Below, one piece after another: positions 1 through 10,269 of a stretch of DNA of 64,000 bases. How positions within the stretch are numbered: the stretch's first letter is position 1; every line of letters starts with the position of its first letter. This DNA comes from an uncultured delta proteobacterium (GTDB lineage Bacteria > Myxococcota_A > Polyangia > Haliangiales > Haliangiaceae): NCBI GenBank assembly GCA_963848295.1, contig CAWKDB010000010.1, forward strand, positions 3,968,001-4,032,000. Direction: 5' to 3'. Below the pieces are notes generated by a model, which searched no databases, had not been told where the DNA came from, and worked only from the letters and a program-made list of their open reading frames with translations. The translations under genes were made by a program, and so were the position numbers.

Positions 1-467
1 CCGCTGAGGTCGTGACCGAGATGCGTCATGCACGTCCAGATCACGCGAGCGCCCGACTCGGGATCGACGATCGCGCCCTCGCGACAGACGGCTTCGGTCT
101 GCGCGATGAATGCGTTGCCGCTGTTGCTGCGCAACGTGGCTCGCACGACGAGCGATGCCGACAGGCGCGAGTGGCGATACCGCGCGTCGCCGGCGATCAG
201 CTCGACGGTGAGCACGCTGTCGTGGCGCGGCTTGACGACGCGCAAGATCGCTTGGGTCAGCGCGGTCGCGAGATCGGAGTACTCGACGTCGGCACCGGAT
301 ACCGGCAGCGGATCGCGAATCCCCGCGACGTGCGCGGTCACCGCGAAGCTCGGATCGGTCGCCGCGGTCGAGCTCGCGTTCCCCGCGCCATCGGGGACGA
401 CGCGGACCAGCTTGCCTCCGCACGCACTGCACGCGACCGCGAGAACAATGATGGCAACCCTCGGCAT
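1..467 (-). CDS. Putative lipoprotein, partial (runs off the left edge)
   Basis: Read manually on the minus strand: MPRVAIIVLAVACSACGGK... has a signal peptide and lipobox Cys, and the frame is open to position 1. Confidence 0.6.
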   Translation of the reverse strand, partial: MPRVAIIVLAVACSACGGKLVRVVPDGAGNASSTAATDPSFAVTAHVAGIRDPLPVSGADVEYSDLATALTQAILRVVKPRHDSVLTVELIAGDARYRHSRLSASLVVRATLRSNSGNAFIAQTEAVCREGAIVDPESGARVIWTCMTHLGHDLS

Positions 468-689
468 CACGCTCTCAGTTACCAGCGGCGCCGTAGTCGA
501 TCGTATGAAGCTTGCGTTGCCGAGCCGCGCCCAGCGTGAAGGTTGTGTTAGGGGCCGTGCCCTTCCTACGTCGCCCGCGAGGTCGCGACAGCGATGTCGT
601 GAAACCTGGTCGGCGCGCCGGCACAGCTCGCGTAACGCCGCGCCGCACCGATCGACGCGCTCGGCACAGTCGATGAACTAGTCGCGGGC

Positions 690-1088
690 ATGTCGAAGTT
701 ATCCTTGCTGGCTGTTGTTGCCCTCGCGGTTCCGTTCACATCGGGTTGCGGTGGTTGTCCGTGGACCAAGCTGAGCGACCTCGCGATCACGCCCGAGACG
801 CCGTGCCTCGATCTCCAGCTCGCGAGCTCGTCGGGCAACGCGCCGAGCACCGGGTGCGTCGACCCGGTGGTGTACGGTCAGAACAACTGCACCGACGCGC
901 TCGTCGTGCCGGCGCAGTTCACGACCACCGGCGTCGACCAGACGTTCCAACCGGGCGACAACATCGTGCTCGAGGTCCCGCTCGAGAGCTCGACGCCAGA
1001 TCATGGCGATGACTTCGCGATCGCCGCGATGCTCGGCGCCGATCCCGTCACGATCAGCTTTCACGCGAGCGGCGGCATTGATAACTAG
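690..1088 (+). CDS. Small Cys-containing lipoprotein of unknown function
   Basis: MSKLSLLAVVALAVPFTSGC signal peptide with lipobox; GC3-rich codon usage. Confidence 0.7.
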   Translation: MSKLSLLAVVALAVPFTSGCGGCPWTKLSDLAITPETPCLDLQLASSSGNAPSTGCVDPVVYGQNNCTDALVVPAQFTTTGVDQTFQPGDNIVLEVPLESSTPDHGDDFAIAAMLGADPVTISFHASGGIDN

Positions 1089-1093
1089 CGCGA

Positions 1094-1109
1094 CTGAACA
1101 TTGGTACAG
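1094..1109. promoter_or_regulatory. LexA (SOS) box upstream of imuB
   Basis: CTGAACATTGGTACAG (CTG-N10-CAG). Its reverse complement ends GTTCAG, as in the Myxococcus LexA consensus. It abuts a -10-like TATCAT (1110-1115), and a near-identical copy precedes dnaE2. Confidence 0.8.
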
Positions 1110-1127
1110 TATCATCGTTCTTGTTCG

Positions 1128-2633
1128 ATGAGGGTCGCGTGTCTCGATCTTCCGGCATTCCCGCTCCAGCTCGCGTGGCGAAAGGAGCCCGAGCTGCGCG
1201 GGCATCCGGTCGTCGTGATCGACGACGATCGACCGCAAGGCACGGTGTTGTGGGCGTGCGAACGCGCGCGTGCCGCGGCGGTATTGCCGGGTCAGCGCTA
1301 CGCGCACGCGCTCGGATTGTGTCGCGAGCTCCGTGCGCGGGTCGTGCCCGAAGAAGCGATCGCGGCGGCGACCGACGAGCTCGCCGGTGCGCTGCACGTG
1401 CTGTCGCCGCGAGTCGAGCCCGGGCCACCCGGAACGTTCTGGCTCGATGGCGATGGTCTCTCGCGCGTGTTCGCGAGTGCGACGGCATGGGGCGAAGCGA
1501 TCCGCGCGGCGATCGGCGAACGCGAGCTCGCGGGCGCGGTTGTCGTCGGGTTCTCGCGGTTCGCGACGTACGCGATCGCGCGTGCCATGAGCGGAGCTGT
1601 CCACGATGGCTTGCGGGTGCTGCGCGCCGATGCCGATGAACGCGCGCTGGCGTCGGCGGTGCCGCTCGCTCGGCTCGAGATCGATCCGAAGTTGCGCGAT
1701 GCGCTCGGCCGGCTCGGCGTCGCGACGCTCGGTCAGCTCGTGCGCTTGCCGGGCGGCGGGATCCTCGAGCGGTTCGGCCGCGACGCGCATCGGCTGTATC
1801 AGCTCGCGGCGGGTGAGCGCTGGGATCCGATCGTGCCGTCGCCACCGCCGGAAGCGCCGGACGAGCGCGTCGTGCTCGACGACGATCTCGAGAATGTCGA
1901 GCAGCTCGTGTTCGTGCTCAAGCACGCGATCGATCGGCTGCTCGATCGGCTCGCCGCGCGCGGGCGCGCGTTGGTCGCGTTGCACGTCGAGCTGACGCTG
2001 CGGTTCGCCGTCGGTCGCACCGAGCTCCGCGCCGATTGCATCAAGCCGGCCGGGCCGACCCTCGACGGGCGCTCGCTACTTCGACTGGTCCACCTGCGGA
2101 TGACCGGGATGCCGCCGGTCGCACCGGTCAACGCCGCGCGGGTGTGGGCCGAAGACACGCCGGCGACCCGAGAGCAGCTCGCGTTGTTTGCACAGAAGCC
2201 ACGTCGCGATCTGCGCGCCGCCGATGAAGCGATCGCGAGGTTGCGCGCCGAGCTCGGCGACGACGCGGTCGTTCACGCCGTGCTGCGCGAAGGTCATCTG
2301 CCCGAAGCGAGCTTCGCCTGGCAACGCCTCGGTCGCGTCGCGCACGCCGAACCGCAGCCGAAGCTGATCCAGCCGCTCGTCCGCCGGATGAACACGACGC
2401 CGCAACAGCTACCACCGCAAGCGCGTCAGGTCCGCGACGATGGTTGGTTACTATCGGGGCTCGAGCACGGCGCGGTCGTGCGGATCGTCGGGCCGTACGT
2501 CGTGTCCGGTGGATGGTGGGCACACGAGCAGCACCGCGAGTATCACTTCGCCGAGCTGCGCCACGGCGATTGCTTGTGGGTCTACTACGATCGGCAGCGG
2601 CGGCGTTGGTTCTGGCAGGGCGCGGTCGAGTAA
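1128..2633 (+). CDS. imuB: ImuB, inactive Y-family polymerase mutasome subunit
   Basis: N-terminus MRVACLDLPAFPLQ; SPRVE...FWLD; LGRLGVATLGQL HhH-like region; QLALF clamp-binding motif; C-terminal GGWW..HREY..LWVYYD..WFWQG typical of ImuB; LexA box upstream and dnaE2 nearby. Confidence 0.85.
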   Translation: MRVACLDLPAFPLQLAWRKEPELRGHPVVVIDDDRPQGTVLWACERARAAAVLPGQRYAHALGLCRELRARVVPEEAIAAATDELAGALHVLSPRVEPGPPGTFWLDGDGLSRVFASATAWGEAIRAAIGERELAGAVVVGFSRFATYAIARAMSGAVHDGLRVLRADADERALASAVPLARLEIDPKLRDALGRLGVATLGQLVRLPGGGILERFGRDAHRLYQLAAGERWDPIVPSPPPEAPDERVVLDDDLENVEQLVFVLKHAIDRLLDRLAARGRALVALHVELTLRFAVGRTELRADCIKPAGPTLDGRSLLRLVHLRMTGMPPVAPVNAARVWAEDTPATREQLALFAQKPRRDLRAADEAIARLRAELGDDAVVHAVLREGHLPEASFAWQRLGRVAHAEPQPKLIQPLVRRMNTTPQQLPPQARQVRDDGWLLSGLEHGAVVRIVGPYVVSGGWWAHEQHREYHFAELRHGDCLWVYYDRQRRRWFWQGAVE

Positions 2634-2642
2634 CATCGCAGG

Positions 2643-3461
2643 GTGACCGACAAGACCTATGGTACGGCCGATCACGATGCGCCGGTCACTCGCTCCGAGC
2701 TCGAGCGCGCGGTGCGTTCGCTCAACCTCAGCGATCTCGAGTTGCGCGATGCGGTGTTGCAGCTCGCGGCGCGCGTCGTCGCGTTGACCGACGAAGTGAC
2801 GCGCCGGATCGACGGCGTCGAGCCCGAGCCCGCGCCACCGGGCACGCCCGCAGCGCGCGGCGAAGGCACGATCGAGCAGCGCGTGGTCGCCGCGCTGCCC
2901 GAGACGCTCGCGGCGATCCGCACAGGCGATGCCGGCCAGCCGACGCGCGTCTCGCTCGATCTCGGCCCCGATAAGTACACGGTGACGCCCTCGACGCCAC
3001 CGTGCGACGAGCTCATCCCGCTGTGCAAGGCGCGCTGTTGCCGCCTGACGTTCTCGCTCTCGACCGCGGATCTCGACGAGGGCGTCGTGCGCTGGGACAT
3101 CGGCCAGCCGTATCTGATCCGGCAGCGCGCGAGCGATGGCTACTGCGTGCACAACGATCCCGATTCGCGCGGCTGCACGGTGCACGCTCAAAGGCCGCGT
3201 GTCTGTCGCGTCTACGACTGCCGCAAGGACTCGCGGGTGTGGACCGACTACGACAACCGTGTCCCGGCGCCTCACTTCGAGGGCGCCTTCGATGACCGGC
3301 CGTACAGCGATACCGTCGATCTCGTCGCGCGCTCGCGCGCGCGCGCGAAGGCGTTGCTCGACGAGAAGCACGCGATCAACGAGTCCTATGCCGACGACAA
3401 GCCCGCGATCGGTCCGGTCGTCACTCCGCGTATGCCCACGTCACCGCGGTCGAAGGCGTGA
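2643..3461 (+). CDS. YkgJ-family cysteine cluster (putative Zn/Fe-S) protein
   Basis: C..CKARCC, GYCVHN, GCTVHAQRPRVCRVYDC motifs. Confidence 0.75.
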   Translation: MTDKTYGTADHDAPVTRSELERAVRSLNLSDLELRDAVLQLAARVVALTDEVTRRIDGVEPEPAPPGTPAARGEGTIEQRVVAALPETLAAIRTGDAGQPTRVSLDLGPDKYTVTPSTPPCDELIPLCKARCCRLTFSLSTADLDEGVVRWDIGQPYLIRQRASDGYCVHNDPDSRGCTVHAQRPRVCRVYDCRKDSRVWTDYDNRVPAPHFEGAFDDRPYSDTVDLVARSRARAKALLDEKHAINESYADDKPAIGPVVTPRMPTSPRSKA

Positions 3462-3501
3462 CGTGGAACAACCTCGACTAGCGCCGCGTTAGCTCCTGAC
3501 C

Positions 3502-4128
3502 ATGCGCACGGTGACGATGCTCGTGTTGTGCGCCGCGACCACGACCCGGGCCGCGCCGTCGATCGCGCCGCAATACGCGTCGCTGTTCGACAAGGGCCGG
3601 AGCTGGACGTACGCGGTCACGACCACCGCCTTCGATCATGTCGATCCGAAACACGACAACATCCTGCTGCCCGAGAAGAATCCGCCGCACAGCTCGGTCA
3701 CGTGTCGAGTCACCCACGTCGTCACGTTCAAGACCGCGACGGTCTCGAGGATCGAGTGCGACAAACAGATCGATGACGATTATCTGGTCCGAGTCGACGG
3801 CGAGTGGGTCGCGACCAAGGAGGGCCTCAGCCGAGGCGTCGACGTCGATCTACCGAAGACCGAAGCCGAGCTCTCGATCGGAGTGAAGGTGATCGCGATG
3901 AGCCCGAGTGTCGCTCGCAAGACGACCAAGACATTCAACGGCCCGGTCGTGACCGCGGTGACGAATCCTGCGCGCGGCACGTGGTGCACGACGACCGATT
4001 CGAGGGGCCAGGGCGATGGTGCGATCGAGACGCTGTGCTTTGCCGCGGGCGTCGGCATCACGCACGGCAAGCTCGACTACTACGGCGGCTGGCCGCGGAG
4101 TGTCGAGTACACCGTGGCGAAACCCTAG
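3502..4128 (+). CDS. Exported hypothetical protein
   Basis: N-terminal signal peptide; beta-rich body; typical codon usage. Confidence 0.65.
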   Translation: MRTVTMLVLCAATTTRAAPSIAPQYASLFDKGRSWTYAVTTTAFDHVDPKHDNILLPEKNPPHSSVTCRVTHVVTFKTATVSRIECDKQIDDDYLVRVDGEWVATKEGLSRGVDVDLPKTEAELSIGVKVIAMSPSVARKTTKTFNGPVVTAVTNPARGTWCTTTDSRGQGDGAIETLCFAAGVGITHGKLDYYGGWPRSVEYTVAKP

Positions 4129-5324
4129 CGCTCGCGCCGCAGACGCTCGATCTCGCTCGGCGCGGGATGGACGAGCACGACGCCGCGATCGCCATCGACC
4201 GCGAGCAGATCGCCGGCGCGCGCCCAACCGAAGATGCCGGCGACCTCGACGACGAGCGGTAACTTCGCGGCGCGCGCGATCGCGATCGCGGTGGGCGATG
4301 CTTGCGCGCACGTCACGATCGCAGCCGCTCCACGCGCGACCGCTCCGATCGCGACGACGGCGCCGACGCGGTCCGCGATCCACACCGCGCCGGGCTTCGC
4401 CGAGCTGCGCTCGTCGGCGACGATGCCGATCAGCGCGCACAGCTCCTCGATCGCATCGACGTGCGCGGTGTCGCCGAGGACACCGAGCTTGTATGGAGCG
4501 CGCGCGTAGTCTTTGACGACGGCGCGCAGGTTACCCGCGGCCGCGATGAGCCGTTCGCGCAGCCGTTGATCGCAGAGCGAGAGCGCGAGTCGATCGAGTG
4601 CACCGCCGACTTGCGGGTCGTCGGTGTCGGCGAGCCGGCGGACCGCGCGGCCGAGGTCATCGCGCAATCTGCCGAGCGCGCGATCGACATCGAGAGTCGT
4701 CGCGGGCAACGAGGTCGTCGTCGGCACGACACCGGCGCGCCCGAGCACGACGCCGCTGGCGAGTGCGGTGCCGACGAGTCGCGCGGCGCGCACGGCAGAT
4801 GCGCGGCGGCGCTCCAGAGCGAGCGTGATCGGAGCGGCGAGCGCGGTGGCAAGCGTGACCTCGGCGGCGGTCATCGCGCGCTTGCGACGTTGCACGACGA
4901 GGACGCCGGCGACCGCGCCGCCGGAGATCAGCGGCACGCCGGCGAACACCGGGAACTCCTCTTCTCCGATCCCGGGCACGTACTTGTATGAGGCTTCGCC
5001 GGCAGCGCGCGCTGCCGACACGGGGCGCATGCACTCCGCGACGAGGCCGGTGATCCCTTCGCCGATCGCGAGCGAGGTGCCGATCGCAGCAGCCGCCAGC
5101 CCGACGTTGCCGCGCATCACGAGTGCGTCACCATCGCGCACGTAGATGCTCGCGACCTCGACGCCGATGATCGCGGCGATCTCGGCGCACATCGCGGTGA
5201 GCGCGACCTCGATCGGTCCGTCGTGGCCGGCGAGCTCGATCAGCTTCAAGATGCCGTCGACGCCGCGATCACCGCGGTGGTGGACGTGGATGCTCGACGG
5301 TCGAGACGTTGTCGAGCGAGCCAT
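4125..5324 (-). CDS. GAF + PEP-utilising mobile-domain protein (truncated PtsP/EI-Ntr-like)
   Basis: GAF similar to PtsP (GEGITGLVA..YKYVPGIGEE..FAGVPL..GVLVVQ); EIN-like LVGTALASGVVLG; swivel domain (AIARAAKLP..GDLLAVDGDRGVVLVHP); no C-terminal PEP-binding barrel. Confidence 0.75.
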   Translation of the reverse strand: MARSTTSRPSSIHVHHRGDRGVDGILKLIELAGHDGPIEVALTAMCAEIAAIIGVEVASIYVRDGDALVMRGNVGLAAAAIGTSLAIGEGITGLVAECMRPVSAARAAGEASYKYVPGIGEEEFPVFAGVPLISGGAVAGVLVVQRRKRAMTAAEVTLATALAAPITLALERRRASAVRAARLVGTALASGVVLGRAGVVPTTTSLPATTLDVDRALGRLRDDLGRAVRRLADTDDPQVGGALDRLALSLCDQRLRERLIAAAGNLRAVVKDYARAPYKLGVLGDTAHVDAIEELCALIGIVADERSSAKPGAVWIADRVGAVVAIGAVARGAAAIVTCAQASPTAIAIARAAKLPLVVEVAGIFGWARAGDLLAVDGDRGVVLVHPAPSEIERLRRER

Positions 5325-5375
5325 GCATCCAGCCTGACATGGGAGATGTTTCCGCGGCGTTTCCGCGCTGGGAAA

Positions 5376-6692
5376 TCACGGCGTCTCGAGCAGCACAGGC
5401 ACCGCGCCGATCGCGATCGGTCCGGTGATCAGCTGCGTGCCGCGGGCGAGGTCCCGCAGCGACGTGAACCGTTCATCGGGGCTGTAGCTCGAGGTCTGGC
5501 ACGTGCCGTTCGCGCAGTGCTTCGAGGCGTCCCACACGACGAGGCCGTCGTAGCCGCCCGGGCGGGTCAGCTCGCATGTCCACACCGTGCCGGTGGCGCT
5601 ACATAGCGTCGCGAGCGTCGCGCCGACCAGCCAATCTTGAGTCACGCCGTACGCCACCCCGGGCGACAGCAAGCCATCGGTCGTGTCCCACAGCGTGCCG
5701 AATTGCGTCGGATCGTATGCGCCTTGGCCGTAACCGTACCACAGCAGGCGATCGACCCCGGCCGTCGCATGCATCAAGTAGAACCGCGCCACGAACCCGC
5801 GCTCTTCGTCGAAGTCGGGCAGGCCGGAGTTCGCGCCCCAGCTCGCTTCGGTGTCCCACAACCGCTTGGCCGACACGCCGTTCGCCGCCATCGCAGTGCG
5901 GATCGATTGCGCTTGGACGAGCAGCTTCTCCGGAACCTGCGTGTAGCCGTGGAACGCGATGATGTCGGCGTACTGACCGCCGCCGTTCGCGAGGTAGTCC
6001 TGGATGAACGCCGGCGCGGTCGCCGACGCCGCGCCCGGGCTCAAGATCTGCGCGGTCGGATCGACGGCCTTGATCTGCGCCGCGAGATCCGCGCTCATCC
6101 GCACGAGCTGCGGGGTCGTGCCGTGCCACATCGTTCCGCTCGTCAGGTTCGGTTCGTTCCACGTCTCGAAGTAGTGGATCTTGCCGGCGACGTGGACCGC
6201 GAGATCGTGCGCGAACGTGATCAGGTGCTGATCGGTGCCGGTGCCATCGGCGGCGAGATCCACGGGCGCATCGCAACCGCCGGGAGGCATGAAGCTCGCG
6301 CAGGTCGCGTCGCTCGGCGTCGACGAAGCCCACGTCGGCGTGCCGTTGAGCGTGAACACGACGTCCAGCCCGTATTGCTCGGCGTCCGCGACGAACGCAT
6401 CTACGTATGTCCAGTCGTACACGCCGTCCGCGGTCTCGATGTGACCCCACGTGCCTTGCGCCGGGCCGAGCGTGCGCGTCGTCGCGAATGTGAGCGTCGG
6501 CCATGGATTCTGGTTGTAGCGAACGCTGAGCCCGAACAGGGTCGGTGGAATGCCGTTCGCCGCAGAGCTCGCATCGAGCGAGGCGTCGACCGCGCCATCG
6601 TACGCGCTATCGGTCGCGCCATCGCTAGCGCCGGTATTGCTCGCGTGATCGCACGCGCAGGTCATCACGGCGATCGCGATCGCAATCCTCAT
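5376..6692 (-). CDS. Secreted or lipoprotein glycoside hydrolase, clan GH-A (GH39/GH5-like)
   Basis: WNEPN acid/base motif, FHGY, WDTE nucleophile, and GVYDW; lipoprotein-like signal. Confidence 0.75.
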   Translation of the reverse strand: MRIAIAIAVMTCACDHASNTGASDGATDSAYDGAVDASLDASSAANGIPPTLFGLSVRYNQNPWPTLTFATTRTLGPAQGTWGHIETADGVYDWTYVDAFVADAEQYGLDVVFTLNGTPTWASSTPSDATCASFMPPGGCDAPVDLAADGTGTDQHLITFAHDLAVHVAGKIHYFETWNEPNLTSGTMWHGTTPQLVRMSADLAAQIKAVDPTAQILSPGAASATAPAFIQDYLANGGGQYADIIAFHGYTQVPEKLLVQAQSIRTAMAANGVSAKRLWDTEASWGANSGLPDFDEERGFVARFYLMHATAGVDRLLWYGYGQGAYDPTQFGTLWDTTDGLLSPGVAYGVTQDWLVGATLATLCSATGTVWTCELTRPGGYDGLVVWDASKHCANGTCQTSSYSPDERFTSLRDLARGTQLITGPIAIGAVPVLLETP

Positions 6693-6705
6693 GTGCGTCG
6701 CTCAG

Positions 6706-6721
6706 TGCAAAGCGACGACCA
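6706..6721 (-). promoter_or_regulatory. Putative sigma-54 (-24/-12) promoter of the glycoside hydrolase
   Basis: TGGTCGTCGCTTTGCA with correct GG-N10-GC spacing, 14 nt from the ATG. Confidence 0.5.
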
Positions 6722-6853
6722 TGGCGAGACGCACGGGATCGCGACGTCGTGGAACCTCGACAGTCCCCTGGGCGCGATCATCGAAAGCGCAACGGCACCT
6801 CGAAGTGCCGAGCGCGTTTGGGTCTCGAGTTCTCTTGCCAGGCTAGCCGAGAT

Positions 6854-6869
6854 CTGAACACTTGTACAG
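6854..6869. promoter_or_regulatory. LexA (SOS) box upstream of dnaE2
   Basis: CTGAACACTTGTACAG, 14/16 identical to the imuB box, ending 3 nt before the GTG start. Confidence 0.8.
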
Positions 6870-6872
6870 GTC

Positions 6873-9800
6873 GTGTATTCGCCGCTGTGGTGCAAATCGA
6901 CGTTCTCGTTTCTCGAGGGTGCGAGCCATCCCGAGGAGCTGGTCGAGGAGGCGCATCGCTTCGGTCTGACATCGATCGCGCTCGCGGATCGCGATGGCGT
7001 CTACGGCATGGTTCGCGCGCACATGAAAGCGCGCGAGCTCGGCGTCAAGCTGCTGTGCGGCGCGACGCTCACCGTCGCGGCACATGGCGTGAGGCTCGCG
7101 GCATCGCCGGTAGGGATCGATCACGAAGGTCGTGGGCCAGGGTGGGGCCGAGAGACCGACGATTTGCCGTCGGCGATTCCGATCACCGGCAGACGGGGGC
7201 GCACGAAGCGAGCGCAGCCGCGCCAAGTCGCGCTCGAGCTCGCAGCGCCAGCGACCTCCCCGATCGCGCTCTACGCGATCGATCGCGCGGGCTGGGCGAG
7301 CATCGTGCGGCTGATCACCGCGGGGCGGCGGCGCTGCGACAAGGGCGAGTCGCTCGTCGGTTGGGATGAGGTGTGCACGCACGCGACCGGCGTGGTCGCG
7401 GTGTGGCACGACGCGCTCGCCGGCGAGCTCGCCCCACCGCCCGCGCTGCTCGACGAGCTGCGCGCAGCCTTTGGCGATCGGCTCTATGCGATGGTCTCGC
7501 GCCATCGCCGCGCCGACGACGTCGCGCGTGAAGCTCGCGTCCGAGCTCGCGCGAAAGCGGCGTGCATTCCGATCGTCGCCTCGAACGAGGTGCTCTATCA
7601 CACGCGCGCGCGCCGGCCTCTACAAGATATGCTGACGTGCATCCGCCACGGCGTCACGCTGACGACTGCGGGCCGCAAGATCCGTGGCAACGACGAGCAC
7701 GATCTGCGCACGCCGCACGCGTTCGCGAAGCTGTTCGCCGACGATCCGGCGTCGGTCGCACGCACGCTCGAGGTCGCCGCGCGCTGCACGTTTTCGCTCG
7801 CCGAGCTGCGCTATCGCTATCCGTCGGAGCGGCTGCCCGACGGCTCGACCTCGGCCGACTACTTGCGCCGGTTGACGTTCAGCGGCGCCGCCGAACGTTA
7901 TCGACATCTGGCCGCCGGCGTCCCGCCGCAAGTGACTCACCAGCTCGAGGCCGAGCTGTCGGTGATCGAGGATCTCGACTACCCCGGCTACTTCCTGACC
8001 ATGTACGAGATCGTCGCGTACTGCCGGCGGCGCGACATCATGTGCCAAGGCCGCGGCTCGGCGGCGAACTCGGCGGTGTGTTTCTGCCTCGGCATCACCG
8101 CGATCGATCCGACGCGCTCGAAGCTGTTGTTCGAGCGGTTCTTGTCGCGCGAGCGCGCCGAGCCGCCGGACATCGACCTCGACATCGAGCACGAGCGGCG
8201 CGAAGAGGTGATCCAGCACGTCTACTCGGTCTACGGCCGCGATCACGCGGCGATGGTGTGCAACATCATCCGCTATCGCCCGCGCTCGGCGGTGCGCGAC
8301 GTCGGCAAGGCGCTCGGCATTCCGGAGACCGCGCTCGATCGCGCCGCGAAGCACTTGTCGATGTACGGTGGGGTCGAAGAGTCGGCGCTCGTCGCGAGTG
8401 GCATCGCGCAAGACGCCGGCCATGCCTCGGCGTTCTCTCATCTATCGCGGTTGGCTGACGAGATCCTCGAGGTGCCGCGCCATCTGTCGGTGCACCCTGG
8501 CGGGTTCCTGCTCGGCCACGATCCGGTGCACGACATCGTGCCGATCGAGAACGCGGCGATGCCGGGTCGCACCGTGATCCAATGGGACAAGGACGATCTC
8601 GAAGATCTCGGCCTGTTCAAGGTCGACTTGCTCGGCCTCGGCGCGCTGCATCAGCTCCATCTCGGCTTCGATTTACTGCGCGCGCATCGCGGCCTCGACC
8701 TCACGATGGCGACGATCCCCGCCGAGGATCCAGCGACCTACGAGATGATGTGCACCGCCGACACCGTCGGCACGTTTCAGATCGAGAGTCGCGCGCAGAT
8801 GTCGATGCTGCCGCGGCTCAAGCCGCGCGAGTTCTACGACCTGGTGATCCAGATCAGCATCGTGCGACCGGGCCCGATCTCCGGCGGCATGGTGCATCCG
8901 TACTTGCGTCGGCGCGCCGGGCTCGAACAAGTCGAGTATCCGCATCCCTGCCTCGAAGAAGTGCTCGAACGAAGACCTCGGCGTGCCGCTGTTTCAGGAG
9001 CAGGTCATGCGCCTTGCGGTCGTCGCCGCCGACTACACGCCGGGCGAAGCCGACCAGCTGCGCCGCGACATGGCCGCGTGGCGCCGCTCGGGCCGGATCG
9101 AAAAGCATCGCGAGCGGCTGATCTCGCGCGATGGAGGCCAAAGGTATCGCCCGCGAGTTCGGCGAGCGCGTGTTCGAGCAGATCCGCGGCTTCGGCGAAT
9201 ATGGATTTCCGGAGTCTCACGCGACCAGCTTCGCATTGATCGCGTATGCGACGACGTGGATGCGCAAACACTACATGCCGGAGTTCACGTGCTCGTTGCT
9301 CAACGCACAGCCGATGGGGTTCTATGCGCCGGCGACGATCGTCGGCGATGCGCAGCGCCACGGGCTCGAGATCCGGCCGATCGACGTGACCCGCAGCATC
9401 TGGGATTGCACGCTCGAGCCGACCGACGACGACTTTCGCTTCGCGGTGCGGATGGGCCTGCGGTGGGTGCGCGGCATGCAGATCGCCGACGGCGAGCGCA
9501 TCGTCGCGGCGCGGCGCGAGCGGCCGTTCGAATCGGCGGGCGACTTCGTATTGCGCACGCGCGTGGCGACGCGGGTCCATTCAGCGCTCGCCGAGGCCGG
9601 CGCGCTCGGCAAGCTCGAGCCCGCGGTCGCGCACCGCCGCGATGCGATCTGGCAGGTGCTCGGCTGGGTCGCGCGCCAAGACGATCCGATCGAGCTCGGC
9701 GACGCCCACGGCCAGGCGACGTTCGCGCAGCTCGGCGCTCTCGACGAGATCGTTTGGGACTATCGCTCGAGCTCGCACTCGACGCGCGGTCATCCGCTCG

Positions 9801-10153
9801 CGCCGCTGCGCAGCGAGCTCCGCGCCAATCGTTGGCCTGACGCGCGCACGGTGGCACGCGGCCGCGACGGTGCGCGCATCGAGTACGTCGGCATCGTGAT
9901 CTGCCGGCAGCGTCCGGGCACCGCGTCGGGCGTGACGTTCATGACGCTCGAAGACGAGACCGGGTTCGTCAACCTCGTGATCTGGTCGCAGACGTTCGAG
10001 CGCTTCGCGCACGTCGGCCGCACCGCGTCGCTGCTCGGCGTGACCGGCGTGCTGCAAGTGCAAGAGGGCATCGTCCACCTGATCGCGGACGAGCTGTGGA
10101 TTCCCGAGCTGACCCGGCCGATCGCCGACGTCGATAGCCGCGACTTCCACTAG
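6873..10153 (+). CDS. dnaE2: Error-prone DNA polymerase DnaE2 (ImuC), with two +1 frameshifts (~8975, ~9130)
   Basis: [40 protein letters not shown] and QRPGTASG motifs, ending SRDFH; pieces 6873-~8975, ~8976-9130 and 9131-10153. Confidence 0.93.
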
Positions 10154-10182
10154 CCGGCGTGGGCGAGCGAGCTGATGGCCGA

Positions 10183-10224
10183 CTACTACGCGACCGCGCG
10201 CGGCTACTACGCGACCGCGCGCGG
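10183..10224 (+). repeat. Perfect tandem repeat, 2 x 21 bp (CTACTACGCGACCGCGCGCGG)
   Basis: Read directly; followed by CTA, the start of a third unit. Confidence 0.9.
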
Positions 10225-10269
10225 CTAGCGCGCGGGGCAGGCGGCCGCCGCGATCGCTTCGCGACTGAC

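Noticed and set aside
8960..9140. Split or recoded dnaE2
   Set aside because: Two single-base insertions with no recoding signals; consistent with sequencing error.
10183..10227. CRISPR array
   Set aside because: Only two abutting units, no spacers and no cas genes.
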